Shown here: one piece after another, positions 49,404-60,190 of the stretch
Layout of the letters: each line of letters begins with the position of its first letter
Position numbering within the stretch: position 1 is the stretch's first letter
NCBI GenBank assembly: GCA_963709585.1
Contig: CAVPXI010000013.1
Location: 64,001 to 128,000, forward strand
Source: Candidatus Dormiibacterota bacterium
Lineage (GTDB): Bacteria > Chloroflexota > Dormibacteria > Aeolococcales > Aeolococcaceae
Length of the DNA stretch: 64,000 nt
Direction of reading: 5' to 3'
The notes under the pieces: generated by a model
Seen by the model: the letters and a program-made list of their open reading frames with translations, nothing else
Database searches by the model: none
Told to the model about the DNA's origin: nothing
Translations under genes and position numbers: made by a program

Positions 49404-51701
49404 TCAGAGGCTCGAGGAGATCCAGCCTGCGATCTGTGCACGTGAGTTGAAGCCAAGCTTGTTGAGGATGTGACCAACGTGGGTGGCGACCGTCCGTTCG
49501 GAAATGAATAGCCGGGCTGCGATCTGCTTGTTGCTGAGACCTTCCGCGACCAAGGCCGCGACCTCAGCTTCACGCTTCGCGAGGGGTCCGGAGTCCGCGC
49601 CGGAGAACGAAGCGGCCTCGCGCTGCTCGGATTCGCCGAGCGCCAGCCGCACCGCCGCGTGGCGGTCCAGGCGTTGCCCCGCCTCAAGCTCGGCCTCAAA
49701 TTTCGCTGCCCCGAGGGCTCGCATGGCCAATTCCCTGGCCTCGGTCTGGTATGGCGCATGCGGTCCAATAACCTTTGCGCCGGCGCCGGCACCGATGGTC
49801 TGCGCCGCCCCGAGCAGCCGGGCTGCGAGGCGCGGCTGGCCGGAGGTCGCGGCGAGCCAACTCATCGCAGCCAGAACGTAAAACTCGGCGATCCGGTCGT
49901 CGAACTGCCGCGCGACCCGCAACGCCTCGGCGGCACCCGCGTGTGCTTCGTCAAGGTCGCCCTTCGTGATGGCAATCGCACCGACATTGCGGAGCATCGA
50001 TGCCAGGTAAAAGAGGTCGCCAGCGTCGCGACTCAGGAGCATGCCCGCCGATGATGTCGCTGCGGCGGCGTCCATGTCATTTGCGAAGAACGCATGGACA
50101 GCTCGCGCCTGCACGAGCTCGATGGTCGCGGCATAGTCGCCGACAACAGCAGTGATCGCTTCGGCCTCATCCAGAAGGTCGCCGGCACCTGTGGGATTGC
50201 CGATCTGGTTCTCCGCGTTGGCGGCGACCGAGAGTGCCTGCGCCAGTTCCGCCGGCTGCCGGGTTTCCCGAGCCGTTGCGATGGCGCGAGCGAGCCATGG
50301 CCTGGCGGCTGCAGGGTCGGCCTGCACCACACTCAGCCAGCCACGAAGGACGAGAGCGCGCACCTGCGTGCGCGGAGACGCCTCCCCTGATGCAAACAGG
50401 AGATCCAGCCAGCGAATGCTCTCCGTGGTTCCGTGGGTGATCCAGTAGTACCGCAACGAGGCCGCTACATCGAGCCCTCGGCCGGAGTCTCGGTGCGAAA
50501 CGCAGTGCTGGAGTACCGCTCGAATGTTGTCGATTTCGAGCTCCACCCAGGCGAGCCAATCACGGAGCTGGTACCGGCCCTCGGCCTCGGTCGACAGACA
50601 CGTCTTCCAGTAATAGTCGACGCAACGCTCCGATAGTTCGCCGTCCTCATGTTCGTCGCGCAACTTGAGCGTGGCGTACTCGCGCATGGTTTCGTGAAGT
50701 CGATAACAGTCACGGCCCCCGAAGTCTTCCTTCATGAGCAGCGATTTCTCGACCAGTGATGACAGCAAGTCCAACGTGTCGGTTGCGGCCAGCTCGCCGT
50801 CGGTGCACACCGATTCGACGTCGTCGAGCGTGAATCGGGTGGCGAAAACGGAGAGTCGCCGCAAGACGTGCCGTTCACGCGCCGTCAGCAGGTCGTAGCT
50901 CCAGTCGATGGTCATCCGGAGCGTTTGATGTCGCGGCAGCGCGGCGCGGCTCCCTCCGGTGAGGAGGGCGAAGCGATCACGCAGACGCTCGAGGATCTGC
51001 TCCACGCTGAGGACCCGGGTTCTGACCGCCGCGAGCTCAATCGCCAGCGGCAGGCCATCGAGGCGCCGGCACACGGCAACCACAGCTGCCTGGTTCACAT
51101 CGGTGAGGACGAACGTGCCGGACGCCGCGGCTGCCCGCTCGGTGAACAGGACGACGGCTTCGTTCTCTCGCACGTGGGCGAGCGGTTCGGTTCCATCGTC
51201 GCGAGGCAGCTGGAGTGGCGTGACGGGCACCACGTGTTCGCCCGCCACCTGGAGCGGCTCCCGGCTGGTGGCGATCACGCGGATGTTCGGAGCGGAGCGA
51301 AGGGCCTCAGCGATGAGCTGAGCCGCCGCATCGAGAACGTGCTCGCAGTTGTCGAACACCAGCAGCAACGCTTTGTTCCGCCAGAAGGACCTCAGGATCT
51401 GCAGCGGCTCCACGCCGGCTTGGTCACGGAGGTCAACGGCCGCAAGCACGGCGCTGGGCACAAGGGCGGCATCGCGCACCTCGGCGAGTTCGACCAGCCA
51501 GGCGCCGTCGCTGAATCCGCGTGAGAGGTCGTCTGCAGCCCGCAATGCGAGCCGGGTCTTCCCCACTCCTCCTGGCCCGACGAGGCTGACGAGCCGGGCG
51601 GCCGCGAGTTTCTGCCTGATCTCGGCGAGCTCGCGGCGGCGGCCCACGAAGCTCGTGGTCTCGGCGGGCAGATTGCCCGAACGGTGACGTGGTCTCGCCA
51701 T
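49404..51701 (-). CDS. STAND (NB-ARC-like) ATPase-TPR-LuxR HTH transcriptional regulator
   Basis: [38 protein letters not shown]; C-terminal [19 protein letters not shown]. Confidence 0.92.
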   Translation of the reverse strand: MARPRHRSGNLPAETTSFVGRRRELAEIRQKLAAARLVSLVGPGGVGKTRLALRAADDLSRGFSDGAWLVELAEVRDAALVPSAVLAAVDLRDQAGVEPLQILRSFWRNKALLLVFDNCEHVLDAAAQLIAEALRSAPNIRVIATSREPLQVAGEHVVPVTPLQLPRDDGTEPLAHVRENEAVVLFTERAAAASGTFVLTDVNQAAVVAVCRRLDGLPLAIELAAVRTRVLSVEQILERLRDRFALLTGGSRAALPRHQTLRMTIDWSYDLLTARERHVLRRLSVFATRFTLDDVESVCTDGELAATDTLDLLSSLVEKSLLMKEDFGGRDCYRLHETMREYATLKLRDEHEDGELSERCVDYYWKTCLSTEAEGRYQLRDWLAWVELEIDNIRAVLQHCVSHRDSGRGLDVAASLRYYWITHGTTESIRWLDLLFASGEASPRTQVRALVLRGWLSVVQADPAAARPWLARAIATARETRQPAELAQALSVAANAENQIGNPTGAGDLLDEAEAITAVVGDYAATIELVQARAVHAFFANDMDAAAATSSAGMLLSRDAGDLFYLASMLRNVGAIAITKGDLDEAHAGAAEALRVARQFDDRIAEFYVLAAMSWLAATSGQPRLAARLLGAAQTIGAGAGAKVIGPHAPYQTEARELAMRALGAAKFEAELEAGQRLDRHAAVRLALGESEQREAASFSGADSGPLAKREAEVAALVAEGLSNKQIAARLFISERTVATHVGHILNKLGFNSRAQIAGWISSSL

Positions 51702-51812
51702 GGTGAGTCCGAACCTACCCCTCAATCACGAGCGCTGATGTCCTTCGACTACGCATCGAATCCGTAATCCTGACGATTCGGCCGGTCCGGCCCCTGGCTC
51801 AGCCTGACACCC

Positions 51813-52031
51813 ATGACACACGAGCTGCCGAATCATCGGGTCGCGGCGACATTCGTCAGCCGACCTCCCATGCGTCAGATTGCCCGAGCGTCGGGTGTGA
51901 CCGACGTGGTGGTCGATGGCTGCCAGCTGCGCTGCGTGGTGCACGGCAGCTTTCAGCCCCTGCTCGAGGCGCTGCGCGGCTACGAGGTCATCAGCCTCAC
52001 TTCCATTCCGACCTCGGACGGAGGTGATTGA
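51813..52031 (+). pseudogene. Remnant resembling the C-terminal domain of an ABC-2 ATPase
   Basis: GVTDVVVDGCQLRCVVHGSFQPLLEALRGYEVISLTS, no nucleotide-binding domain. Confidence 0.45.
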
Positions 52032-52128
52032 TGGCCACAAGGCGAATCACGTCTCTCGATCCCGACCAGCCTGACGCATCCACATCGCACCTCAATCGGT
52101 GCTCATTCATCAAGACAAGGAGAACGAC

Positions 52129-52815
52129 ATGACCGTCACACCGAACACCCTCTTCCGAGCGACCGGCGTTGCCACGGCGGTGGCAGGAATGATCTTCATC
52201 GGCGTACAGATCGGGAGTCCGCACCTGGACGGCGCCACCATCACAACGACCAACGCGGTCGTCCGCGACAGCCTCAAGGTCCTCATGGCTGCCCTGGCGC
52301 TCGCCGGGATCAGCGGTCTGTACCTGTTCCAGGTGAGGAAGATCGGCGTGCTCGGCCTGGTCGGGTACCTCACCTTCGCCACCGGCTACCTGACGATGCT
52401 CGGGATTGAATTCGTCGGCGCTTTCGTCCTCCCGTCGATCGCGCACAGTTCCCCCGCCTACGTCAGCAATGCCATCGCCGAAGCCACCAACGGCACCGTC
52501 ACCGGCAGCATCGGGCTGATCAAGGTCGCGATCCTGGTCAACGGGATCACCTACGTCGTCGGCGGTGTCATCTTCGGCATCGCACTCTTCCGCGCCAATG
52601 TCCTCGCTCGATGGGCCGCCGTGCTCCTCGCCTGCGGCAGCGTCGCAACCGTCGCAACCGGCGTCATGCCGCAGTACGAAAGGCTGTTCGCTTTTCCCAC
52701 CGGCATCGCCCTGATCGGCCTCGGGTACTCCCTGTGGCAGGCGCAGCGCTCGCCAGCCTCTCGGGCCATCACCAGCTCGGTGAGCTCGCAACTCGAGGCG
52801 GCCGGAGCCAAGTGA
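52129..52815 (+). CDS. Multi-TM hypothetical membrane protein
   Basis: AAGGAG RBS; about six TM helices. Confidence 0.75.
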   Translation: MTVTPNTLFRATGVATAVAGMIFIGVQIGSPHLDGATITTTNAVVRDSLKVLMAALALAGISGLYLFQVRKIGVLGLVGYLTFATGYLTMLGIEFVGAFVLPSIAHSSPAYVSNAIAEATNGTVTGSIGLIKVAILVNGITYVVGGVIFGIALFRANVLARWAAVLLACGSVATVATGVMPQYERLFAFPTGIALIGLGYSLWQAQRSPASRAITSSVSSQLEAAGAK

Positions 52816-52828
52816 CCGTCCGCGTGGC

Positions 52829-52872
52829 AGCACACCCCACCCCGATCGACCGCGTCGATCGGGTGGGTGCCA
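52829..52872. other. Intergenic stem-loop
   Basis: CCCGATCGAC-CGC-GTCGATCGGG with outer CACC/GGTG pairing. Confidence 0.5.
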
Positions 52873-52925
52873 GTCGTCAATTCAAAAACCAAACGATCAC
52901 GACCCGATCACAAGGAAACATCCAA

Positions 52926-53654
52926 ATGACCACATCGCGAAAAACCGCGCTCGTTGTCGGAGTGCTGTTCATCCTCACCTTCATCACCTCGATCGCAGGA
53001 GAGCTCTCCTACGGCTCCGTCCTCAGCGATCCCCACTACATCACCAGTGCCGGCACCGACACCGGCGTGTTGGTGGGTGCGTTCTTCGAGATGTTCCTCA
53101 TCATCACTAATATCGGTTGCGCAGTGGTGTTGTTCCCGCTGCTCAAGCGTCAGAACGAGGCACTCGCCCTCGGCTACGTCACCGCTCGCCTCGTTGAGTG
53201 CACGTTCATCCTGGTCGGCATCCTGAGCGTCCTTGCGGTCGTCACACTGCGACAGCACGCCGGGAGCGCAGATGCGGGCTCACTCATCGTTGTCGGCAAG
53301 TCGCTGATCGCCATCAAGGCGTGGACACTGCTGCTCGGGCCCGGATTCGTCGACGGAATCGGGACTGGACTGATCCTGGGCTGGCTGATGTACCGGTCAG
53401 GGCTCGTGTCGCGCCGCATGGCGCTCTTCGGCGTCGTCGGTGGTCCACTGCTGGCCGCTTCAGGGATCGTTGTGCTGTTGGGCGTGATCCCACAACAATC
53501 GGCATTGCAGGGCATCGCGACCATCCCGGAGGTGATCTGGGAGGGGTTCTTGGGCTTGTGGCTCACCTTCAAGGGATTCAACGCGGTTGCTGTTGGTGCC
53601 GGCGAAACCACAGACGTCCGTCAAGCCGTAGTGATGGCTGCTGTTGATGCGTAG
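52926..53654 (+). CDS. DUF4386 family membrane protein
   Basis: RKTALVVGVLFILTFITSI, ALGYVTARLVE, LMYRSGLV, LWLTFKGF. Confidence 0.82.
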   Translation: MTTSRKTALVVGVLFILTFITSIAGELSYGSVLSDPHYITSAGTDTGVLVGAFFEMFLIITNIGCAVVLFPLLKRQNEALALGYVTARLVECTFILVGILSVLAVVTLRQHAGSADAGSLIVVGKSLIAIKAWTLLLGPGFVDGIGTGLILGWLMYRSGLVSRRMALFGVVGGPLLAASGIVVLLGVIPQQSALQGIATIPEVIWEGFLGLWLTFKGFNAVAVGAGETTDVRQAVVMAAVDA

Positions 53655-53683
53655 TTCCTCGGAAAGGGCCAGACTGCGACGCC

Positions 53684-54958
53684 ATGGCCGAGGTCACCTT
53701 CGAACCGGCGGTGGCTTCGTTGCGCCGGGAGGTGCCCACGGCACGAGTGGGAGTCGGGTTCATCTCCCTCTTCACGTTGGCGTACATGAGCGCCAATCTC
53801 GTCTTCCAGGCGCCGATACTGGTAACCCTTCCCTTGAAGGTCAGCTCGCTTGTCGGAATCAAACAAGCTCCGGGGAGCCTGGCGCTTGTCGCAAGCATCG
53901 GCGCTTTCGTGGCCATCTTCGGGAATCCCTTCTTCGGGCGGATGAGTGACCGCACGACGTCACGACTGGGGATGCGAAGGCCATGGATGGTCATCGGCGT
54001 GGTCGGCGGCACCGCCGGCGTCGCCATCGTCTCCTTCGCACCCAGCATCCCGGTTGTTCTGCTCGGCTGGTGCATCGCGCAGCTGTTCTTCAACGCGATG
54101 CTGGCTTCGCTCGCGGCGGTGCTTCCCGATCAGATCCCGGTCGCGCAACGCGGCACGGTCTCCGGTGTGCTGGGCATCTGCCTGCCGATTGCGGCGGTGA
54201 GCGGCACGTACATCGTGAAGCTCTTCAGCGGACAACACATCGCCACATTCCTTGTCCCGTGTGCGACGGGGGGCTTCTTCATCCTGCTGTTCGCGGTCGT
54301 GTTGAATGACCGGCACCTTGCGAAGGCGGATAGGCCGACTTGGTCCATACGGGAATTCGCAAGTACCTTCTATGTGAAACCGCGGACCAGCCCTGACTTT
54401 GCCTGGGCTTTCGCCAGCCGCTTCATGTTCCTGATGGCCTACGCCCTGCTCGCGACGTACGAGGCCTACTATCTGCTGCAGAAGATCGGCACCGCCGTGG
54501 CCGACGTGCCGCAACAGATCTTTCTCGGCACGCTCGTGCAGGGGGCCGTCATCGTCGCCGCGTCGCTCATCGGTGGGCATCTCTCCGACCGGACGCGCCG
54601 GCGAAAGATCTTCGTGTTCACCGCTGCGATCGTCTATGGCCTGGCAATGTTCGCGCTGGCGATAGCCAGCAGCTTCAACGGGTTCCTCGTCGGCATGGCC
54701 ATCAGCGGACTCGGTTTCGGCGTGTTTGCGGCTGTCGATCTCGCGCTCGTCGTTGACGTGCTCCCGAATCCGGGTCACAACGGCAAGGATCTCGGCGTGT
54801 TCAACATCGCGGGCGCGCTCCCGTTCTCGCTGGCGCCGGCGTTGGCGCCGACGATCCTGGCGATCGGCGGCGGCAGCTATGGTGTGCTATACGCCGTTGC
54901 GGGCGTCTGCGCCATCCTCGCTGCTGTCGCGATCATGGGCGTGAAGGGTGTCCGCTGA
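53684..54958 (+). CDS. MFS transporter
   Basis: GRMSDRTTSRLGMRRPW and GHLSDRTRRRK loops; 12 TM. Confidence 0.9.
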   Translation: MAEVTFEPAVASLRREVPTARVGVGFISLFTLAYMSANLVFQAPILVTLPLKVSSLVGIKQAPGSLALVASIGAFVAIFGNPFFGRMSDRTTSRLGMRRPWMVIGVVGGTAGVAIVSFAPSIPVVLLGWCIAQLFFNAMLASLAAVLPDQIPVAQRGTVSGVLGICLPIAAVSGTYIVKLFSGQHIATFLVPCATGGFFILLFAVVLNDRHLAKADRPTWSIREFASTFYVKPRTSPDFAWAFASRFMFLMAYALLATYEAYYLLQKIGTAVADVPQQIFLGTLVQGAVIVAASLIGGHLSDRTRRRKIFVFTAAIVYGLAMFALAIASSFNGFLVGMAISGLGFGVFAAVDLALVVDVLPNPGHNGKDLGVFNIAGALPFSLAPALAPTILAIGGGSYGVLYAVAGVCAILAAVAIMGVKGVR

Positions 54959-55489
54959 GCAGGGCCCGCCGTAGGTCGGCTCGCCCGCAAGGACTGAGTG
55001 CCATCGGAGCGACCAGCTTCGTGGCTTAGGGCGATGAGCAGCGGGTTCAGGCTCTATAGGTCCATATCGGTCCCGCTGCGAGGCCTGGATACAACCCAAC
55101 GGTCGGCCCGCTCGCTCGTCGCTCATCTCTATTGTCGTTGAGCACCCCGCTTACCGACGTAAGCATCGGCGCATAGTCTTGCCAGGAGTGGTCTGGTGAC
55201 AGCATGCCCGTGTGGCCGAGTACTACAGCGCGCCGATACCATGTCTGTCTCAATACAGAGCCGCGCCCGCACTGTCTCACCGCTGACGCTGGGCCTATGA
55301 GGGACTACAAAGGGCACCGTGGCTAAAAGGGAGGAATTCCCTAGTCGGTACCTTGAAGAAAACCGGGCAAGCCCGAACCACCTGAATGGGGCTCTGAACG
55401 CGAGTAAATCAGTGCGACAGCGTGGCCTCTGCTCTGCAAGCAGAGGCCACTGCGAACCGGGTGGTCAACACGGTGGACCGATCAGGCGG

Positions 55490-56230
55490 TCAACCCTGCC
55501 CGCCCTTGACTGACATGAAGCCGTTGATCGTTTCGATGTAGGCGGTCATGGTCGTCGTGCAGCCCGTGGTGCTCCGTGCCGTGGTGTATTCGGCGTTGAA
55601 CCGGTAGGTGCCGCTGCCGTCGAGCTGCGAGAGGCTGCCGGTGGCGACTGAAACGCTGAACGGCCCGGTCTGAGTGATGGTGCCGACGCAGGTCTTGGGG
55701 TCGAAACGGACGGTCGGCTGCCCAGTACTATGATCGATGCGGAAGGTGCTCCCGTCGATGACCGCGTTGTCGACGGCTCTACCCGGATGCTCGATCCCGC
55801 CTGCGTTGATCACTCCTGTCACGATGATGGCGCCGGGACCGGCTGGGTTGGTCGATGAGACATAGAAACGCTCGGTTGACCCGGAGGGGGCTGGACCCCA
55901 GCCGTGAGGTCCGAAGCCCGACCACGCGCTGCCTGCATCTGGGCTGCCCCATACGCTCCAGGGGTTTACGTCCGCCCCACCAGGTGTTGTCGACGGTGCA
56001 GTCGTCGTCAGTGCAGTGACCGAGGCCGTAGTCGAGGTGGCGGCCGCCGACGCGCCGATCACCGCCGCGAACGATGCGGCCGCCACAACACCCCCAGCGA
56101 TGACCGCCGCGACGACCCGAGACGATCTGCGCCAGAGGAAGAGGCCGATCACGGTGAGCCACAGGGTGCCGAAGACCAACGGAAAGATCCACCAGAAGGC
56201 AAAGCCGCCGCCGACCAAGTATCCGGGCAT
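55490..56230 (-). CDS. Hypothetical membrane-anchored protein with beta-rich C-terminal domain
   Basis: GGAGGA RBS; two N-terminal TM, Thr-rich linker, two Cys. Confidence 0.6.
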   Translation of the reverse strand: MPGYLVGGGFAFWWIFPLVFGTLWLTVIGLFLWRRSSRVVAAVIAGGVVAAASFAAVIGASAAATSTTASVTALTTTAPSTTPGGADVNPWSVWGSPDAGSAWSGFGPHGWGPAPSGSTERFYVSSTNPAGPGAIIVTGVINAGGIEHPGRAVDNAVIDGSTFRIDHSTGQPTVRFDPKTCVGTITQTGPFSVSVATGSLSQLDGSGTYRFNAEYTTARSTTGCTTTMTAYIETINGFMSVKGGQG

Positions 56231-56493
56231 GTCGTGTTCCTCCGAGTCGTGTGTTGTATGCAACGGCACCATCGTCGGAGGCTCGCGGTACTCCTGTCGT
56301 CCGTCCGGAAGCGACACCTTCGGCTACGTCCGGCGGCGTAGCTCAGTGACGACTTGCTTACGGCAGCGCTTGGCTCGCCGACACGTGCGCTCGTCCCTGA
56401 CAAGTCAGAGGAACCGCGATGTCCATTTCTCGATGTTCCCGTTCGTCTTAGGACTGAAGACCAACCGAACCGCCACTCACAAGGAGAGTCGCC

Positions 56494-56886
56494 ATGTCGT
56501 CGAATCAGGAAGCCACCGCCGTTGAGGTCGCTCGGGCTCACGTTGCCGCGTGGGGCAAGCACGACTACGAGGTCGCGCGCGCCGCGCTTGCAGCCGATGT
56601 CCACGTTTCGGTCTCGAGCGTCGATCCCGAGGCACCGAAGGTCGACACCACGGGGGTCCAGGACTACATGCAAGGTCTGATGCAGTTCGGTCATGCCGTG
56701 TTGCCGGGCACGACCACGGTGAACTCCGGGGTCGGCGATGAGACGCGGGCGCTGTTACACGTGACCTCGCGCGTGAAGTTCGGGCCAGATGCGCCAGAGA
56801 TGACGCTCCGGGGAGCGCGCCTCTATCGACTTGACGAGGATCAGAAGATCATCGACGAGCAGGTGGTGTTTTTCGTCACGCTGTAA
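56494..56886 (+). CDS. SnoaL/NTF2-like protein
   Basis: VARAHVAAWGKHDYEVARAALAADV...YRLDEDQKI. Confidence 0.8.
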   Translation: MSSNQEATAVEVARAHVAAWGKHDYEVARAALAADVHVSVSSVDPEAPKVDTTGVQDYMQGLMQFGHAVLPGTTTVNSGVGDETRALLHVTSRVKFGPDAPEMTLRGARLYRLDEDQKIIDEQVVFFVTL

Positions 56887-56975
56887 TCACGCGGCGGTAG
56901 CCGGGGGCCTCTTGAGGCCTCCGGTCGCTCGCGGTTGTTTGGCAGCAGCCAGCGAACAACTTGAAGGAGGACCCG

Positions 56976-57317
56976 ATGCGATATGCGATGTTGGTCTACG
57001 TCGACGAGAGGACAGACAGGAGCGAGGAGGCTGTCGAGAGCGAATACGCCGCGTTCATGGCGTTCCAGGACGAGATGGAAGCCCGTGGAGTTCTGGTCGC
57101 ACGCGAGCGTCTGCGCGAGGCGACGCTCTCGACGACGGTGAGGGTTCGAGACGACAGGCTCGTGGTCGCCGACGGTCCTTTTGCCGAGACCAAGGAGCAG
57201 ATCGCCGGCTTTTACGTCATCGAGGTCGCGGATCTCGACGAGGCGATCGAGATCGCTTCCCAGAATCCGGGCGCCCGCTCCGGCACGATCGAGGTCCGAC
57301 CAGTGTGGCAGCTCTAG
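56976..57317 (+). CDS. YciI/DGPF family protein
   Basis: DGPFAETKEQIAGFY...IEVRP. Confidence 0.92.
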   Translation: MRYAMLVYVDERTDRSEEAVESEYAAFMAFQDEMEARGVLVARERLREATLSTTVRVRDDRLVVADGPFAETKEQIAGFYVIEVADLDEAIEIASQNPGARSGTIEVRPVWQL

Positions 57318-58562
57318 CCGATGCGCAGGCGGCGGTCGACGAGGCCTTCCGGGCCAACTGGGGTCGCGTCGTCGCCTACCTGATCCACGTTACTGGCGAT
57401 TGGGACCTGGCCGAGGAGTGCGCCCAGGATGCGTTCGAGCGGGCTATCGCTCGCTGGCCACGCGATGGGATTCCATCGAGTTCCTGCGGCCTGGTTGAAA
57501 ACGACTGCGCGAAATCGTGCACTGGACCGGATGCGGCGAGACACGGTGGGCGAAGCCAAGCTCAGGGAGGTTGCTGTGACGGGACCCGCAGCACGTCACG
57601 ACGACGACAACGACAGCGGGATTGACGACGATCGGCTTCGGTTGATGTTCACATGCTGTCACCCAGCGCTCCCGGTCGAGGCTCAGGTGGCGCTGACGCT
57701 TCGCACACTCGCGGGTTTGACGACACCCGAGATAGCACGCGCCTTCCTGCTCCCTCAGGAGACGATGGCGAAGCGGTTGACGCGCGCTAAGCGCAAGATT
57801 GTCGAGGCACGCATTCCATATCGCGTGCCGGATGCGCGCCATCTGCAGGAGCGGCTGCGCGCGGTGCTGGCAGTGATCTACGCGCTTTTCAACGAGGGCT
57901 ACGGCGCGAGCACCGGCGACGAGCTGATTCGCAAGGAACTCTGCTCGGAGGCGATCCGTCTGGGACGGTTGCTGGCGGAGCTTATGCCCGATGAGCCAGA
58001 GGCCCTTGGGTTGCTTAGCCTCCTGCTCCTTCAGGACTCGAGGCGCCAGGCACGCATCGACGGCGAGGGCGAGTTGGTGACGCTGGCGGACCAAGATCGC
58101 GCGCTCTGGGATCGAGCCGGGATCGACGAGGCGTGCATGCTCCTCGATCGAGCCATGCGGCATCGACGACCGGGGCCGTACCAGTTGCAGGCCGCGGTCG
58201 CAGCCTGCCATGCCCAGGCTCGGACCTCCGACGAGACGGACTGGCGGGAGATCGTGGTCCTCTATGACCGGCTGAGCGAGATTGCACCGACGCCGGTTGT
58301 GCTGCTCAACCGCGCCGTGGCTGTGGCGATGGCCGACGGGCCGGCGGTGGGACTCGCGCTGCTCGTCGAGCTGGAACAAGCGGAAGTCCTGTCCGGTTAC
58401 TACCTGCTGCCCGCGACGCGTGCCGATTTGCTCAGACGACTGACGCGCCACGCTGAGGCGCAGACGGCATATCGCGAAGCGCTTGCGCTGGCGCCGACCG
58501 ACGCCGAGAAGCGGTTTCTTCTTCGGCGCCTATCTGAGCTAGCCCCGCCGGGCGACCGATGA
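57305..58562 (+). CDS. ECF42-type sigma factor with C-terminal TPR, frameshift near 57480
   Basis: DLAEECAQDAF; DDRLRLMFTCCHPAL; GPYQLQAA; paired with a DGPF gene. Confidence 0.88.
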
Positions 58563-58574
58563 CGGGGCCGGTTT

Positions 58575-58722
58575 GTCGGGGAGACAGGACTCGAACCTGC
58601 GACCCCTGGTCCCCCAGACCAGCACTTATTCGCGGATTCGGGTTGAGTTCGACTTACAGTGCTTTCGTCGGGAAATGGTTGGAATGACGACTAGACCGTG
58701 CGGATTGGAATCGCGTCGACGT
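58575..58722 (-). repeat. Family A copy 5 (tRNA-Pro fragment 58575-58622 with intact anticodon stem + right arm only)
   Basis: Reverse complement CTGGT-CTGGGGG-ACCAG perfect stem; right arm closest to copy 1. Confidence 0.9.
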
Positions 58723-58828
58723 ACCTCCGGGTAGAGCGACTCCTCGATGCTTTGGTTCGTGCTCAAAATCATCCAGTGCCCGCGTCCCTGCTAAGCGCAG
58801 GCGTAAAAAGCGCTTCGCGGGGCGAGGG

Positions 58829-59826
58829 TCACACCGCCTTGCTCGGGTTGGACGGATCGCGAACGTCGCTCAATGCATCCTCGTATCCTCCAGTGGCCCC
58901 TAAGCTTGACGCTCTGAGCCAGTTTCGAAGTTCGCCAACCGCGGCAATTGCGGTCTCGCCGTCGCCGGCGCACGGGATCACGTTGAAGACTGAGCATCCG
59001 GCCTCGATGTAAGGGCTCAGGAACTCCGCGACCTGCGCGGGGGTGCCGTAGGGCGAGTAGCGTTCGAAATTCTCGAATGGCGCCTGGTAAAAGGTCTGCA
59101 TCTGCGCGGCGAGTGGCTCGCGCGCGGCCTCACGCGTGTCGGCGAAGCCGCACCAGACGTTGAGCGCATGCTCGAACCCGCCCGAGTCTCTGCCGGCCTC
59201 CGATGCCTCCCGCGTGATGAGATCGCGCACCGTTGCGAACCTCCGTGAGGACACCCAGATGCCGAGCCACCCATCGCCGCGCCTGGCGGCACGGCTGACC
59301 GCCGCATCGGATCGTCCGCCGACGATAAGAGGTATCCGTGGCGACGGCGCGGGCACGATCAGGGCTTCATGGAGCGAGAAGAACTCACCGTCGAACGTCA
59401 CCGGCCTGCCCTCGGCGAGGTTGCGCAGGATCTGAAGGCATTCATCCATCCGGCGTCCACGCGTCTTCGGGTCCACCCCGCAGATCTCGACCTCGTGGCG
59501 ATCCTCGCCGCCGATCCCGATGCCGAGTGTCGAGCCGGCCAGGCGCGAGTTGCGCGAGAGTTCGCGAGCTGACGGGCGAGCGGAACCGGGTGGCGCAACG
59601 GCAGCAGGTAGAGCCCGACATACACGGGCAGGTCAGCCTGAGCACTGAGCAGCGATGTCGCTGTGATCAAGCCGTCCGAGCCTGCTCCGACAAAGAAGCT
59701 CACGTGATCGCCGACGCAGAGGTGGTCGACGCCTGCGTTGAGAGCGCGAGCAAGCGCCGTATCGAGCTCGGGACCGACCTTGATCGGTCCCGGTGAAGGG
59801 AAGCACCCGACGCGGACGCTAGCCAC
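58829..59826 (-). CDS. LLM-class flavin-dependent oxidoreductase, frameshifted near 59530-59560
   Basis: VGDHVSF, LLPLRHPVPLARQL; RGRRMDECL, PLIVGGRSDAAVSRAARRGDGW. Confidence 0.8.
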
Positions 59827-60190
59827 TGGGGGTCACCGCGATCGCGTCGATCGAGACCAACAGACCGCGGGGCAGTACTACGTTGGCCGGCGCCGAGCGC
59901 GCCGGTGGCGGATCCGGCATGTGCCGGTTGTATACCTCGTTGATCGTCGGGTAATCAGCCACATCGGTTTAGAAGATCGTGGTCTTCACCACGTCTGCCA
60001 TGGTTGCGCCCGCGGCGTCGAGAATCGCAGCCAGGTTGACCAGCGCCTGCTCAGTCTGCGCGGCGGCACCGTCGGGCACGGCCCCGGTTGACGGGTCGAT
60101 TCCCGCCGTCCCGGAGCAGAACACGAAGCCGCTGGCCACGATCGCCTGGCTATAAGGGCCGAGTGCCGCGGGGGCGCGTTCAGTCGTCAC
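59819..60190 (-). pseudogene. RidA/YjgF family protein with in-frame TAA at 59969-59971
   Basis: APAALGPYSQA...VVKTTIF*TDVADYPTINEVY...PPARS...LPRGLLVSIDAIA. Confidence 0.85.

Noticed and set aside
54960-55489. ~530-bp gene-free stretch after the MFS gene
   Set aside because: No recognisable ORF, repeat or structure
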